Made by a program: the position numbers and the translations under genes
The notes under the pieces: generated by a model
Seen by the model: the letters and a program-made list of their open reading frames with translations, nothing else
Database searches by the model: none
Told to the model about the DNA's origin: nothing
Source of the DNA: Alphaproteobacteria bacterium
GTDB taxonomy: Bacteria; Pseudomonadota; Alphaproteobacteria; Bin95
DNA length: 64,000 nucleotides
Reading direction: 5' to 3'
Assembly (NCBI GenBank): GCA_965205265.1
Contig: CBDBGH010000003.1
Location: forward strand, 1,248,001-1,312,000
In this document: positions 1 to 8,781 of the stretch, piece by piece
Layout of the letters: the number at the start of each line of letters is the position of its first letter
Numbering within the stretch: the first letter of the stretch is position 1

Positions 1-224
1 GCACGCCGGCCACCATTGCCGACGAGATGCAGCACTGGCTGGAGGCCCGCGGCAGCGACGGCTTCAATGTCATGTTCCCCTACCTGCCCGACGGCCTGGA
101 CGCCTTCGTCGACCGCGTCGTGCCCGAACTGCAGCGCCGGGGACTCTATCGGCGGGCCTATGAGGGGGCCACGCTGCGCGAGAATCTCGGCCTGCCGCGC
201 CCGTCCAACCGGTTCTTCCGGTAG
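1..224 (+). CDS. LLM-class flavin-dependent monooxygenase (NtaA/DmoA-like), 3' fragment
   Basis: Frame is open from the window edge: TPATIADEMQHWLEARGSDGFNVMFPYLP...VVPELQRRGL...YEGATLRENLGL, the typical C-terminus of this family. Confidence 0.85.
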   Translation, partial: TPATIADEMQHWLEARGSDGFNVMFPYLPDGLDAFVDRVVPELQRRGLYRRAYEGATLRENLGLPRPSNRFFR

Positions 225-336
225 AACGTCGCCGCAACCGCCGAAGGCTGCCGCACGAGCGCACCGAAACCGCGCCCGGAGAGCCGTCCTGCCTCGCCGT
301 CCGCCGCCAGCGGAAGCGCTGGAAGGCAAGCGCGGT

Positions 337-530
337 TAGAGGGAGATCCGTTCCGGCTGAAACGGAAGTCCGGGCGTCCCCTTCGGCAAGCTCAGGACAG
401 GCCCTCGATACGCGGCTGGCGCTGCTACTCGGGATGAGGGAGGTTCTGGCGCTCCGTCTTCCTCCTTTCCCTCACCCTTTTATGAGTAGCGACCGCGCCA
501 GCGGGCGCGTATCGAAGGGCCGCCGCCGCT
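337..530. repeat. MITE end plus REP-like palindromes (family D: CCTCAYCCTGAGTAGC...GCGTATCGAAGG)
   Basis: GGCTGAAACGGAAGTCCGG end matches the reverse complement of 2539-2563; internal palindromes match those at 2408-2541 and 61758-61908. Confidence 0.7.
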
Positions 531-639
531 CGCCGGATTGTGTGTTAGGATGCGTCGGGCGAAATGGAGCGTCCCGTAAAGGACGGCGATTGCCGGCCGG
601 GCGGCGTCCCGGTTTGAAATCCAGAGTGCAGGAAGCTTC

Positions 640-873
640 GTGACCGAAGACAAATTGACCGAGTTGACCGGCAACATCGCGGCAATCGAGTTCCTGCTGG
701 TCGAATGCCTCAAGATCGCCCTTGACGGCCACCGGGATCCTGACGCGGCCCTGCAGGAGATGCTGTCGAACCTGACCATGTTCAAGGAGGCCAGCATGAA
801 GGCCATGCCGGAATACGTCCCGGCCCTTGACGCCGCAACCAAGCGGATGGTGGCCCTGCTGACAAGCGACTGA
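640..873 (+). CDS. hypothetical small helical protein (77 aa)
   Basis: GTG start after GCAGGAAG; GC-rich third positions; protein-like composition unlike the shadow ORFs. Confidence 0.55.
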   Translation: MTEDKLTELTGNIAAIEFLLVECLKIALDGHRDPDAALQEMLSNLTMFKEASMKAMPEYVPALDAATKRMVALLTSD

Positions 874-884
874 TCCCCGCGACA

Positions 885-1137
885 GGGGGTGTGAAAAAAT
901 CGGAGTGTCAGCCGACCGTCCGGTAAGGGCACGAACCCGGACAAACATTGTCACCCCGGACCCCGATCCGGGGTCCAGCCCGGGCTCTCTCGGCGGCCGC
1001 GAGCGGTCCAGCTCTGTTTCGAACGGCTGCGGCGGGCGCAAACGGTCAGGGATGGGCCCCGGATCGGGGTCCGGGGCGACGGGATGGGCGCGGACCGCGA
1101 GCGCAAAACCCGACAAATCCAATTTCTTCACACGCTT
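885..1137. mobile_element. putative MITE containing a REP-like palindrome pair
   Basis: Imperfect TIRs GTGTGAAAAAATCGGAGTGTC / GACAAATCCAATTTCTTCACAC; internal inverted pair at about 950-978 and 1053-1080; GACAGGGGGTG occurs at 881-891 and 1138-1148. Confidence 0.55.
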
Positions 1138-1179
1138 GACAGGGGGTGAACGCCGGGCGGTTGGGCGTTACGCTGCCGC

Positions 1180-2358
1180 ATGATCGCACCGAAACCGCGC
1201 CCGGATGAGCCGCCCTGCCTCGCCGGGGCGCGCGCGCTCGGGCCGACGATCCGGGCGCATGCCGAGGCCATCGAGCGCGACCGGCGCCTGCCCGAGGCGC
1301 TCATGGACCGCCTGCACGAGGCCCGGCTCGCCCGGATGCTCCTGCCGCGCTCGGTCGGAGGCGACGAGACCGCGCCGGGCGTCTATCTCGACACGCTGAT
1401 CGAGCTTGCGCGCCATGACGGCTCGGTCGGCTGGAACATTTTCGTGGCCAACAGCGCCGCGCTGCTCGCCGCGTTTCTTCCCCTCGACGCCGCGCGCGAA
1501 ATCTATGCCCGTCCCGATGCCCTGATGGCTTGGGGACCGCCCAATTCCCACCGGGCCCGCGCCGTGAAGGGCGGCTACCGGGTCGGCGGCGAGTGGGGCT
1601 TCGCCTCGGGATGCCGCCACGCCACATGGATGGGCGCGCATTGCCAGGTGCTGGAGCCGGACGGCTCGCTGCGCCTGAACGGCGCGGGCCGGCCCGCCAT
1701 TCGCAGCCTGCTGTTCCCCGCCGGCGAGGCGCAGCTGCTCGACGACTGGAACCCGATCGGGCTGCGCGGAACCGGGTCGGAAAGCTACCGCGTCGAGGAC
1801 GCGTTCGTGCCCGAGCGGTTCAGCGCCACGCGCGAGGAGCCGGACAGGCGCCGGGAGCCCGGCCCCCTCTACGCCTTCACCCAGCAAAGCCTCTATGCGC
1901 TCGGCGTGGCCGGAGTGGCGCTCGGCCTCGCCGATGCGATGCTCGATGCGTTCATGGAACTCGCCCGCGGGAAGACGCCGCGCGGCCTCATCCGCCATGT
2001 CGAGAGCCCCGGCGTCCAGGCGGAGGTCTCGCGCAGCTTCGCGCGCCTCGGGTCGGCCCGGGCGTGGCTGGTGGAGACCGTCGATGCCGTCCATGACGGG
2101 GCGCGGGACATCGCCTGTATCGACGTGCCGACCCGCGCCCGCGTCCGGCTCGCCTGCAGCCATGCCATCCAGGGCGCGGTGGAGACGGCCGCCGCCCTCT
2201 ACCGGCTCGCCGGCGTCGATGCCATCTTCCCCGGCAGCGCGTTCGAGCGGCGGTTTCGCGACATCCACACCCTGTCCCAGCAGATCCAGGCCCGCCCGCA
2301 GCATTTCGAGGCCACCGGCCACGTCCTTCTCGGCGGCACGCCGGAGGTGTTTTACTAG
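1180..2358 (+). CDS. acyl-CoA dehydrogenase-fold flavin-dependent monooxygenase (IacA/HsaA-like)
   Basis: GEWGFASGC, WNPIGLRGTGS, FERRFRDIHT motifs. Confidence 0.85.
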   Translation: MIAPKPRPDEPPCLAGARALGPTIRAHAEAIERDRRLPEALMDRLHEARLARMLLPRSVGGDETAPGVYLDTLIELARHDGSVGWNIFVANSAALLAAFLPLDAAREIYARPDALMAWGPPNSHRARAVKGGYRVGGEWGFASGCRHATWMGAHCQVLEPDGSLRLNGAGRPAIRSLLFPAGEAQLLDDWNPIGLRGTGSESYRVEDAFVPERFSATREEPDRRREPGPLYAFTQQSLYALGVAGVALGLADAMLDAFMELARGKTPRGLIRHVESPGVQAEVSRSFARLGSARAWLVETVDAVHDGARDIACIDVPTRARVRLACSHAIQGAVETAAALYRLAGVDAIFPGSAFERRFRDIHTLSQQIQARPQHFEATGHVLLGGTPEVFY

Positions 2359-2581
2359 GGCGGTATCCAACCGGTTTGAACCGGGGGTGCTTCGATCCGG
2401 GGGTTCATCCTTCGATACGCCTCCCTCCGGTCGGCTACTCAGGATAAGGGGAGGGGCGCGCACGAACGACGGGCCTTCATCTCCCCCTCATCCTGAGTAG
2501 CGCCGGCCTTCGCCTCGCGAAGGGCGGTGCGTATCGAAGGACGGCCGGACTTCCGTTTCAGCCTTAACGGCTTTCGCCCTA
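2356..2581. mobile_element. IS630-like MITE (TA-flanked) filling the gap between two convergent genes
   Basis: Ends TAGGGCG...CGCCCTA; internal family-D palindromes; the TAG stop codons of both neighbours lie in the element ends. Confidence 0.65.
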
Positions 2582-3874
2582 ATGCATCCAGGCGGCCACG
2601 GCGCCCGGCTTGAGCGCGGCGCGCTCGGCCAGCAGCGCCCGGCGTTCGCGGTCGCGGCCGGCCTGTTTCGCGGCGGCGATCAGGAGCTGGAAGAACACGT
2701 CGCGCTGGGCGTGGCTGCCGCCGAGGCGGTACAGCTCGTAGCGGACCGGCTCCAGCAGATCGAAGCAGCGCTCCGGCTCGCCGGCGCCGAAGGCCGCGAT
2801 GGCTTCGCAGAGCGGCAGCCCGACATCGTCATAGACGGCGTCGGCCGTCGCCCCGCCGCTGCGGGCGGACATGGCGTCCAGATGGCCCTGCACGCTTTCC
2901 TTGTCGCCCGCCATGGCGAGCGCCGCCATGTAATGCGCGTCGAAGAAGGGGAAGATGCCGTCCGCGAAGCGCCCGGCGGCGTGCGCCGCCAGTTCCTCCC
3001 AGCGCCCGCCCGCATCCACGCCCCGGAAATGCAGGCGGAGCAGCATGGAGGCCGCATTCGCGATATCGAGCACGTCGTCGCTCGCGGTGTCGGCCCTGAA
3101 ACGGTTGTCGTAGAGGTCGAGCGCCGCATCGGCCTCGTCCAGCGCCAGATGGAACAGCGCCTGGTGCCACCACAGATGGTGGCGGAAATTGTGGACCTTG
3201 TGTTCCCAGTGCGCCTCGTTCTCGCGGACCCAGGCGATGCCCTCCTGCGGACGGCCCTGCATCTCCATGACATGGGCGACGGAGTGGACCGACCAGGCAT
3301 CCGAGGGGTCTATGGCTACCGCCCGGCGGCCGAACTCCTCGGCCCGGGCGTAGTCGCCCATCTCCTCCAGCCCGAAGGCGCGCATGCCGAGCACATAGCC
3401 GTAGCCGGGCACACTCTCGTCCCAGGCCGGCAGCACGCGCGCGGTGCTGTCCCGGTGCTGGGCGAGCGCGCCGTGATAGAAATGCAGGTAGTGCGCGAGG
3501 CGGATGGCGAGAATGTCGCGCGGGTGGTCCAGCAGGATGTCCTCGAAGCGGCGCGCGGCGCCCGCCGTGTCGCCGGCGGCCCAGCGCGAGAGGGCGTCGG
3601 CATGGGCGCCTTCCCGCGCCGTTCCGGGAAGTCCGGCCGCCTGCTCGCCGGATTTCGCCGCCCGCGGGCGGAGCGCGCCCACGCCCATCAGCAGGAAGAA
3701 ATAGCCCCTCAGCGCATGGGCCATCGGCATGTCCGCATCGGCCTCGAACGCGGCCTTGAGCAGCGGCCCGGCCTCGCGCCCGAAAGCCAGGAAGTCGTCC
3801 AGCGCCGCATCCAGCGCACACGCCGCCCCGTCGCTGGCTGCGGTCAGTTCCAGACCGCGCTTGTCCTGAACCAA
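2579..3874 (-). CDS. tetratricopeptide repeat protein, TTC38 family
   Basis: TTG start at 3874 after GGGAGG; GMRAFGLEE, DAWSVHSVAHVMEM, HLWWH, LGGSHAQRDVF motifs. Confidence 0.85.
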   Translation of the reverse strand: MVQDKRGLELTAASDGAACALDAALDDFLAFGREAGPLLKAAFEADADMPMAHALRGYFFLLMGVGALRPRAAKSGEQAAGLPGTAREGAHADALSRWAAGDTAGAARRFEDILLDHPRDILAIRLAHYLHFYHGALAQHRDSTARVLPAWDESVPGYGYVLGMRAFGLEEMGDYARAEEFGRRAVAIDPSDAWSVHSVAHVMEMQGRPQEGIAWVRENEAHWEHKVHNFRHHLWWHQALFHLALDEADAALDLYDNRFRADTASDDVLDIANAASMLLRLHFRGVDAGGRWEELAAHAAGRFADGIFPFFDAHYMAALAMAGDKESVQGHLDAMSARSGGATADAVYDDVGLPLCEAIAAFGAGEPERCFDLLEPVRYELYRLGGSHAQRDVFFQLLIAAAKQAGRDRERRALLAERAALKPGAVAAWMH

Positions 3875-4012
3875 AGTCAGCCTCCCGAAAATCCCTGGCA
3901 GCCGCCCGTCCGTCCGATTGCAGAACAGCGTAGAACGGATTTGAAGGACGCGCCAAGATGGGAACGGGCGGCGGCGGCGGAACGGCTGCGGGACTATCGG
4001 GGAGAGCGCGGG

Positions 4013-4915
4013 ATGGAGAAAGCCTGGGAGATACCGGAACCGGCGGATGCGCTGGAGGTCCGGGGCGCCGATGGCAGCGTCATCCATGTCCGCCGGCACG
4101 GCGTCCCGCACGGGCCGCGCCTGCTTGTGACCCACGGGAACGGCATGGCCGCGGACGCCTATTTCCCGTTCTGGGGCGGGCTGGCGGACCGGTTCGACAT
4201 CTTCGTCCACGACCTCCGCAACCACGGCTGGAACCCGGTCGGGAGCCTGGAGGACCACCGGATCGCCAACCTGGTCGATGACGGCGGCCGGGTGGTGGAG
4301 GCAATCGAACGGGCGTTTTCCGAGAGGCCGCTCATCGGCGTGTTCCATTCCCTTTCGGGACTGCTCGGCCTCCGGCAGGCCATCGCGGGAGTCGTCCGGT
4401 TCCGGGCCATCGTGGTGTTCGACCTGCCCGTCGTGCCGCCCGGCCAGACCCGCGGCGATATCGAAAGGGTCGGGCGGCACCTGGGGCGGATGGCGCGCAA
4501 GCGGCGCAACAGCTACCCGACATATGGGAGCTTCGCGCGGCGGCTGGCCCGCATGCCGGTGTTCAACCGGCTGCAGGCGCGGGATGTCGATCTGATCGCG
4601 CGGACGACGCTCCGGGCGCAGGCGGACGGCGGATTCGAGCTCAGATGCCCGCCGGAATACGAGGCGCAGATGTTCGAGGAATATTATTCCTGGTCGAGCA
4701 GGACAGAGGCCAGGCACGCGCCCTGCCCGGTGAAGGCGATCTCCGCGGACCCGACGGTTTCCGGCACCTATCTTCCCGGAGAGGGGATGGAGGATCTGGT
4801 CCATGTGGACTACGACTTCGTCCCGGAAACCTCGCACCTGCACCAGATAGAAGCGCCCAACCGGTGCCGCCGGGCGATGCTGGAGTTCCTCGAAGAGATC
4901 GGCTTTCAGGGATGA
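4013..4915 (+). CDS. alpha/beta fold hydrolase
   Basis: HGNGMAA, DLRNHG, GVFHSLSG nucleophile elbow, C-terminal SHLHQIEAP; ATG after GGGAGAG. Confidence 0.8.
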   Translation: MEKAWEIPEPADALEVRGADGSVIHVRRHGVPHGPRLLVTHGNGMAADAYFPFWGGLADRFDIFVHDLRNHGWNPVGSLEDHRIANLVDDGGRVVEAIERAFSERPLIGVFHSLSGLLGLRQAIAGVVRFRAIVVFDLPVVPPGQTRGDIERVGRHLGRMARKRRNSYPTYGSFARRLARMPVFNRLQARDVDLIARTTLRAQADGGFELRCPPEYEAQMFEEYYSWSSRTEARHAPCPVKAISADPTVSGTYLPGEGMEDLVHVDYDFVPETSHLHQIEAPNRCRRAMLEFLEEIGFQG

Positions 4916-5372
4916 ATACCAGCGGTCGTTGACGGAACGGCCGCCGGGAAGCTCCTCCCCCGCTTGCGGGGGAGGCCTGGCAAAGTCCCGTCGCCCCGGA
5001 TTGCGGTCCTACCGCATGCACAGATCTGCGTCTGCCCGCTTCGCCTTGCATGTTCGCTACCGTCACCCGGCGCCCGATGCGTCGCCCCCGCGAAGGCGGG
5101 GGCCCATCTCCGGGCCTCTCGACCGGCCCCGGCGGCGCAAACGGAGCGTTGCTGCAGGCATCCGTGCAACGGCTGGCTGTGCGCGCCTCTCCGTTCAGGG
5201 ATGGGCCCCCGCCTTCGCGGGGGCGACGAAGGGGGCAGAGCGAGGTGCAGCCGAGCCGGCGGGCGCGCCGGATGCCACCGGAAACCGATGCGTGAAGCCG
5301 GTAGCCGCCCAGCGGGAGGGGAGCAATACAAGCTGCCGCCGAACATGAGTACCGCTTGGCGCACATTGGTAT
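4916..5372. mobile_element. nested MITE/REP complex (outer ATACCA...TGGTAT; inner CTACCG...CGGTAG at 5009-5304; REP pair at about 5081-5227)
   Basis: Terminal motifs shared with 32296-32421 and 8219-8499; palindromes GTCGCCCCCGCGAAGGCGGGGGCCCA / TGGGCCCCCGCCTTCGCGGGGGCGAC. Confidence 0.65.
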
Positions 5373-7414
5373 CAGGCGGAACGAATCGTGCTCCGGGAAT
5401 CGGCGGACCGGGCGAATTCATGGCCGGAGTAGCAGGCCGCCGCGATGAGGCCCGGCGCGAGGCAATCGCCGATCCGCGTCACCGACCGGACGCCGGCGTC
5501 CTCCCACCCGTCCCGGCGGGCGGCCAGGTCCTGCCACAGCCCCTCGTTCGGCAGGCGCGAGGTGACGGCGACCAGCGTCCCGCACCCGATCTCCTGCGTC
5601 CTGCCGGAATACACGCATGCGGCCCGGAGCCGGTCTTCCGCGAGCCCGGCAAGCCCGTGCAGCGGCACGATCCCGACGCCGAGTTCGATCAGCCGCTTCT
5701 GGATGCGCTCCTGTTCCAGCGTGTTCTCCGACCAGGGGGCGGCGACGGGAGCCGGAGTCACGAAGACCGTTTCGTGCCCGGCGCCCGCCACGAGTTCGGC
5801 GAGAACGCTCGCCATGTAGAACCTGTCGTCGTCGAAGATGACAACCGGACCCGGTGCCGTGACCGCGCCAACGCCAAGCGTCATCAGGTCGTCCGGGGTC
5901 AGCACCGGCCTGCCGGCGAGGAAGGGCAGGGGCGTCCTGTGTTCCCGGCCGGCCCCGTCGGCGCGCCATGCCGCTCCGGTCGCCAGAACGACATGGGGAA
6001 TCCCGTAGTCGAGGATGTCCGCGGCCGTGAGCCGGCTCTCCGGATACATCCGGACGTTCGGGGATTGCCGTAGCTGCCCGAGCCGCCAGTCGCGCACGCG
6101 GGCCCAGGCGGCGAGGCCGGGAAGGCGGCTTTCCCGCGCGACCCGTCCGCCCCATTCGGACCCCGCCTCGGCCAGCACGACTTCCGCGCCGCGCTCTGCC
6201 AATGCCCGCGCCGCCTCCAGCCCCGCCGGCCCGCCGCCAACGACAAGATACGGGCCCTTGTCCTCGAGCGGCGGGATGGTCTCGGGATGCCAGCCGCGCC
6301 GCCATTCCTCGCCCATCGTGGGGTTTTGCGTGCAGCGTATCGGAACGCGCGTCCGGTCTCCGGCAACGCAGATATTGCAGCCGATGCACTCCCGGATGTC
6401 GTCGATGCGCCCGTCGCGGATCTTGTTGGGGAGGAACGGGTCGGAAATCGAGGGCCGCGCGGCGCCGACAAGGTCCAGAATGCCGTTCCCGACGATGCGC
6501 GCCATGGTGTCGGGCGAGGTATAGCGGCCCACGCCGACCACGGGCTTGTTCGTCATGGATTTCACGAAACCGATGTAGGGCTCCTGGAATCCCTCCTCGG
6601 AGAAGCGCGATGTCTGGCTGTCATTGGACCAGTCGGAGAGGTTGACGTCCCAGAGGTCCGGTTCGTCGGCGAGCGCCGCCAGAATGTCCCGGCCCTCGCC
6701 GTCATGCGCGATCCCGTCTTCGCCGAGAAGCTCATCGACGGCCAGCCGCACCGCGATCCCGCATTTGTCGCCGACGGCTTCCTTCGTGTCGGCGAGCACT
6801 TCCCGGAAGAGCCGCAAGCGGTTCTCGAACGAGCCTCCATATTCGTCCGCGCGATGGTTGTAGCGCTTCAGCAGGAAGTGCTGGAGCAGCGTCAGGTCGT
6901 GGCCGGCATAGACATAGACGATGTCGAAGCCGATCTCCCTTGCCAGCAGCGCCGCCTCGCGGTGCCAGCGGCGGAAGTCCGCAATGTCCGCTTTGTCCAT
7001 GCCGCGCGCCTGCACCGGGTCGTCGCTGTCCACGACGACGGGAGACGGCGCGAGCGGCGGCACGCGGCTGTAGCGGTTGTTGGCGTGCAGCCCGTTATGC
7101 ACGAGCTCGACCGCGGCGAGGCTGCCATGCGCGTGAATGGCGTCCACGGTCAGCCGCAGCGCCGACACCCCGGCCTCGTCCCACAGCCGCGCCTGGTTGG
7201 AGGGCGAGACATCGGAGGTCGCGTGGATTTCCGTCTCCTGGGTGGAGACGACGCCCCAGCCGCCCTCGGCCTTGACGCCGCGAAGCGCGGCTTCCGCCTC
7301 CGGGTAGCGGTGCCCCATGCCGGTGCAATGCGGCACCTGGTAGAAGCGGTTCGGCGCGGTCACCGGCCCGATGCGGACAGGCTCGAACAGGATGTCGTAT
7401 CGCGGGTCCCGCAT
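5372..7414 (-). CDS. trimethylamine/dimethylamine/histamine dehydrogenase-family flavoprotein (OYE barrel + 4Fe-4S + Rossmann)
   Basis: NRFYQVPHC (covalent-FMN Cys), VYVYAGH, ECIGCNIC...CTQN, GGGPAGLEAA. Confidence 0.9.
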   Translation of the reverse strand: MRDPRYDILFEPVRIGPVTAPNRFYQVPHCTGMGHRYPEAEAALRGVKAEGGWGVVSTQETEIHATSDVSPSNQARLWDEAGVSALRLTVDAIHAHGSLAAVELVHNGLHANNRYSRVPPLAPSPVVVDSDDPVQARGMDKADIADFRRWHREAALLAREIGFDIVYVYAGHDLTLLQHFLLKRYNHRADEYGGSFENRLRLFREVLADTKEAVGDKCGIAVRLAVDELLGEDGIAHDGEGRDILAALADEPDLWDVNLSDWSNDSQTSRFSEEGFQEPYIGFVKSMTNKPVVGVGRYTSPDTMARIVGNGILDLVGAARPSISDPFLPNKIRDGRIDDIRECIGCNICVAGDRTRVPIRCTQNPTMGEEWRRGWHPETIPPLEDKGPYLVVGGGPAGLEAARALAERGAEVVLAEAGSEWGGRVARESRLPGLAAWARVRDWRLGQLRQSPNVRMYPESRLTAADILDYGIPHVVLATGAAWRADGAGREHRTPLPFLAGRPVLTPDDLMTLGVGAVTAPGPVVIFDDDRFYMASVLAELVAGAGHETVFVTPAPVAAPWSENTLEQERIQKRLIELGVGIVPLHGLAGLAEDRLRAACVYSGRTQEIGCGTLVAVTSRLPNEGLWQDLAARRDGWEDAGVRSVTRIGDCLAPGLIAAACYSGHEFARSADSRSTIRSA

Positions 7415-7540
7415 GGGCGATGCCTTTCCCGAAAGCAGAGCCGTTCGGAGTTTAGTGGCATATCCAACCCTGTCATGTCAGGAGAAGGCGATGCGGACAG
7501 GGCTCGAACAGGCGGAAGCGATGTCAGCAGGGAGGGCGGA

Positions 7541-8029
7541 ATGACACGGGAGGTCGTCTGGAATCCCGATATGATGATGATCCGGGCAAGCGAACTGGGA
7601 CGGCTTGTGGAATATCTCGAGGCTGAAAAGAGGGACGGTTCGCGGTTCGGAGGAACATTTGTAGCGGTCCCGATCCTACTGTCCCTTGCCACCGAGATCG
7701 GTTTGAAGGCATGGCAATGTCGAGAACGCAATGGGCCGCCTGACAAAACTCACGATCTTCTGGAGCTGTTCGATGGCTTGGGAGAGAACGCGCGGAGACG
7801 ACTTGAACAAAGGATGCCTGAAATTCCAGACCCGGTTCCAGGATTGCCACCGTACTATCCGGGCATAAAAGACGCGTTGCGCCAAAACAAGAATATGTTC
7901 GTGGAGTGGAGATACGCGCATGAACATCATTCTCTGTTTGCCGAAACGGGTGTCCTGAAGACGGCGCTCAAGGCAATAGTTGAGGCATATTTCGTCGAGA
8001 TTCCTCCGGCGCAACGCCTAAAAGGCTAG
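7541..8029 (+). CDS. HEPN-like domain protein
   Basis: ATG after GGAGGG; EIGLKA...KTHDLLELF...FVEWRY pattern typical of HEPN folds; lower GC than the flanks. Confidence 0.65.
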   Translation: MTREVVWNPDMMMIRASELGRLVEYLEAEKRDGSRFGGTFVAVPILLSLATEIGLKAWQCRERNGPPDKTHDLLELFDGLGENARRRLEQRMPEIPDPVPGLPPYYPGIKDALRQNKNMFVEWRYAHEHHSLFAETGVLKTALKAIVEAYFVEIPPAQRLKG

Positions 8030-8218
8030 ATTTTTCCGGCCATCGTCTGTGCAACCACGACTCCGATTCTCTCAATATCGTCCTGTCTGTGTCATTTGGA
8101 GCACGATCCGTTAGGGTTGAGACAGCTTCATCGGTAGAACCCCTGTCGTCGCCCCGGCCCCCGAGCCGGGGCCTCGCGTCGCAGGAGCTACGTTGCATGG
8201 AGGCCCGGGCTCGGGGGC

Positions 8219-8499
8219 CTACTGGATTCACACATTTCCGTTTAGTGGTGTGGCATTGCACTACACCAACCGCCTGCCCTCGCGAAAGCGGGGTCGCCCC
8301 GGCCTCCGAGCCGGGGCCCAGCCTCGGTTCTCGCGGCAGCCTCGGCAGTCCGACCAGCTTTCCACCGGCTGCGGCGGCATCGGAAGTCAGGGATGGGTCC
8401 CCGCCTTCGCGGGGACGACGAAAAGGGGGCAAAGGCCCGCGCAACCCGGCTATCGGGCGCATTGGATGCACGTCCATGCGAGATGTGTGCATGCGGTAG
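8219..8499. mobile_element. MITE inserted in the loop of a REP-like palindrome
   Basis: TIRs CTACTGGATTCACACATTT / AGATGTGTGCATGCGGTAG; direct repeat GCTCGGGGGC at 8209-8218 and 8500-8509. Confidence 0.75.
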
Positions 8500-8615
8500 G
8501 CTCGGGGGCCGGGGCGATGCTCATGGGAATCCGTTTCAATCCGAATGGATCGTGCTCTAGCTCCTGGCTGCGTTTGTCCCGGACCTTTATCGGCCTTTCC
8601 GGAACGCGATTGCGG

Positions 8616-8738
8616 TCAATGCGCCGACCCGGCCTTCTTTCCGCGCGACGATTTGCCGGGGCTCCCTGTCGCGTCCAGAACGACGACCGCCAGTCCCCCG
8701 AGAAACACCAGCAGCGCGACGACAACCAGCCACTCCAT
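8616..8738 (-). CDS. small single-pass membrane protein (40 aa)
   Basis: GGAGG RBS; MEWLVVVALLVFLGGLAVVVLDATGSPGKSSRGKKAGSAH; below the ORF-track size cut-off. Confidence 0.55.
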   Translation of the reverse strand: MEWLVVVALLVFLGGLAVVVLDATGSPGKSSRGKKAGSAH

Positions 8739-8781
8739 CACAGGTCCTCCAGTTCGGCAGCTTTCTCTCGCGGTTCCATTA

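Noticed and set aside
355-2563. Composite transposon bounded by 25-bp inverted repeats at 355-379 and 2539-2563
   Set aside because: These are ends of two separate copies of the same MITE family; no shared TSD or transposase.
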